A stretch of 63,816 nucleotides of DNA, the filler included, from Octopus bimaculoides (lineage: Eukaryota): assembly GCF_001194135.2 (NCBI RefSeq). It is 5 parts of 4 records of this genome, joined end to end, with 100 filler letters (N's around TTAATTAATTAA, not from the genome) between each part and the next. Parts side by side here need not be neighbours in the genome. Positions count along the whole stretch, not along the records: positions 61,421 to 63,816 come from NC_068984.1; 4 more parts are not named here. One strand, given 5' to 3'. The first letter of the stretch is position 1. The number at the start of each line of letters is the position of its first letter. Under the pieces are notes generated by a model that saw nothing but the letters and a program-made list of their open reading frames with translations, made no database searches and was not told the origin of the DNA. The translations under genes and the position numbers were made by a program. Shown one piece after another: positions 63,202 through 63,816 of this stretch.

Positions 63202-63320
63202 TTCTTAGTATTTCTCTTTGTTTCTCTTTCGAATTTTCCTTTCATTCATTATTCTTCCTTCCTCTTTCATTCATTCGTTCTTTCTTTCTTTCTGTCTTTC
63301 TTTCTTTCTTTCTTTCTTTC
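63082..63320. repeat. (TTTC)n microsatellite, degenerating rightwards
   Basis: Direct reading. Confidence 0.9.
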
Positions 63321-63365
63321 ATTCTTTCTTTCTTTCAATCGTTCCTATCTTTTTGTTAGCCCGAT

Positions 63366-63406
<41 letters not shown>

Positions 63407-63734
63407 NNNNNNNNNNTCCCTCTATCCCACCCAGCTTTCTCTTACTTCTTTTCTCTCATTCTGTCAATCCTTCACTTCCGTTAATTTCTTAATTAATTTT
63501 TTTTCATCCAACAGTAGTCATTAAATCAGATCTTTTATAATCCCAAAAGTAGTCATGACTATATCAACGCAAGCATCTTGCTTCCCCTCAAACTCTCTCA
63601 CTTCCTCTGTCTTAAATGTCTCTCTCCTCGACTTTCTCTTTCTATCTCTTCCGCGTACAACTGTTGCTAGGCAACATGATATTGTTACGTCTCTCTCGGA
63701 GAAAACAGCATCACTGGCAGTGCGTCTGTATAAG

Positions 63735-63735
<1 letters not shown>

Positions 63736-63808
<73 letters not shown>

Positions 63809-63809
63809 G
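63736..63809. repeat. (TATC)n microsatellite
   Basis: Direct reading; similar arrays at 15146-15219, 31451-31515 and 54587-54627. Confidence 0.95.
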
Positions 63810-63816
63810 CTAGCTA

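Overview
AT-rich, microsatellite- and transposon-dense animal genomic DNA. The SINE families, repeat spectrum and TTAGGG-type repeats point to an octopus, but this is my inference, not a database result. Four identical 100-bp spacers (44 N + TTAATTAATTAA + 44 N) split the window into five separately assembled pieces. Only one convincing host coding region is present: a 2.88-kb uninterrupted ORF (16331-19210, +). It encodes an uncharacterised protein of about 959 aa with a signal peptide, a six-Cys ectodomain and about 10 hydrophobic segments, and its true start is ambiguous. The rest is mostly decayed mobile DNA: RTE and R4/Dong LINE fragments, tRNA-derived SINEs, DD37D and DD34D mariner remnants, a piggyBac remnant, two internally deleted Ty3/gypsy elements and several MITEs. 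The most unusual non-coding signals are (i) three fold-back elements of unrelated sequence that share GG..CC ends, perfect 8-bp target duplications and internal telomere-like TTAGGG/CCCTAA repeats, and (ii) several minimal hammerhead-ribozyme-like motifs with palindromic stem III. SINE family letters A-D are my own labels. Boundaries of degraded repeats are approximate.
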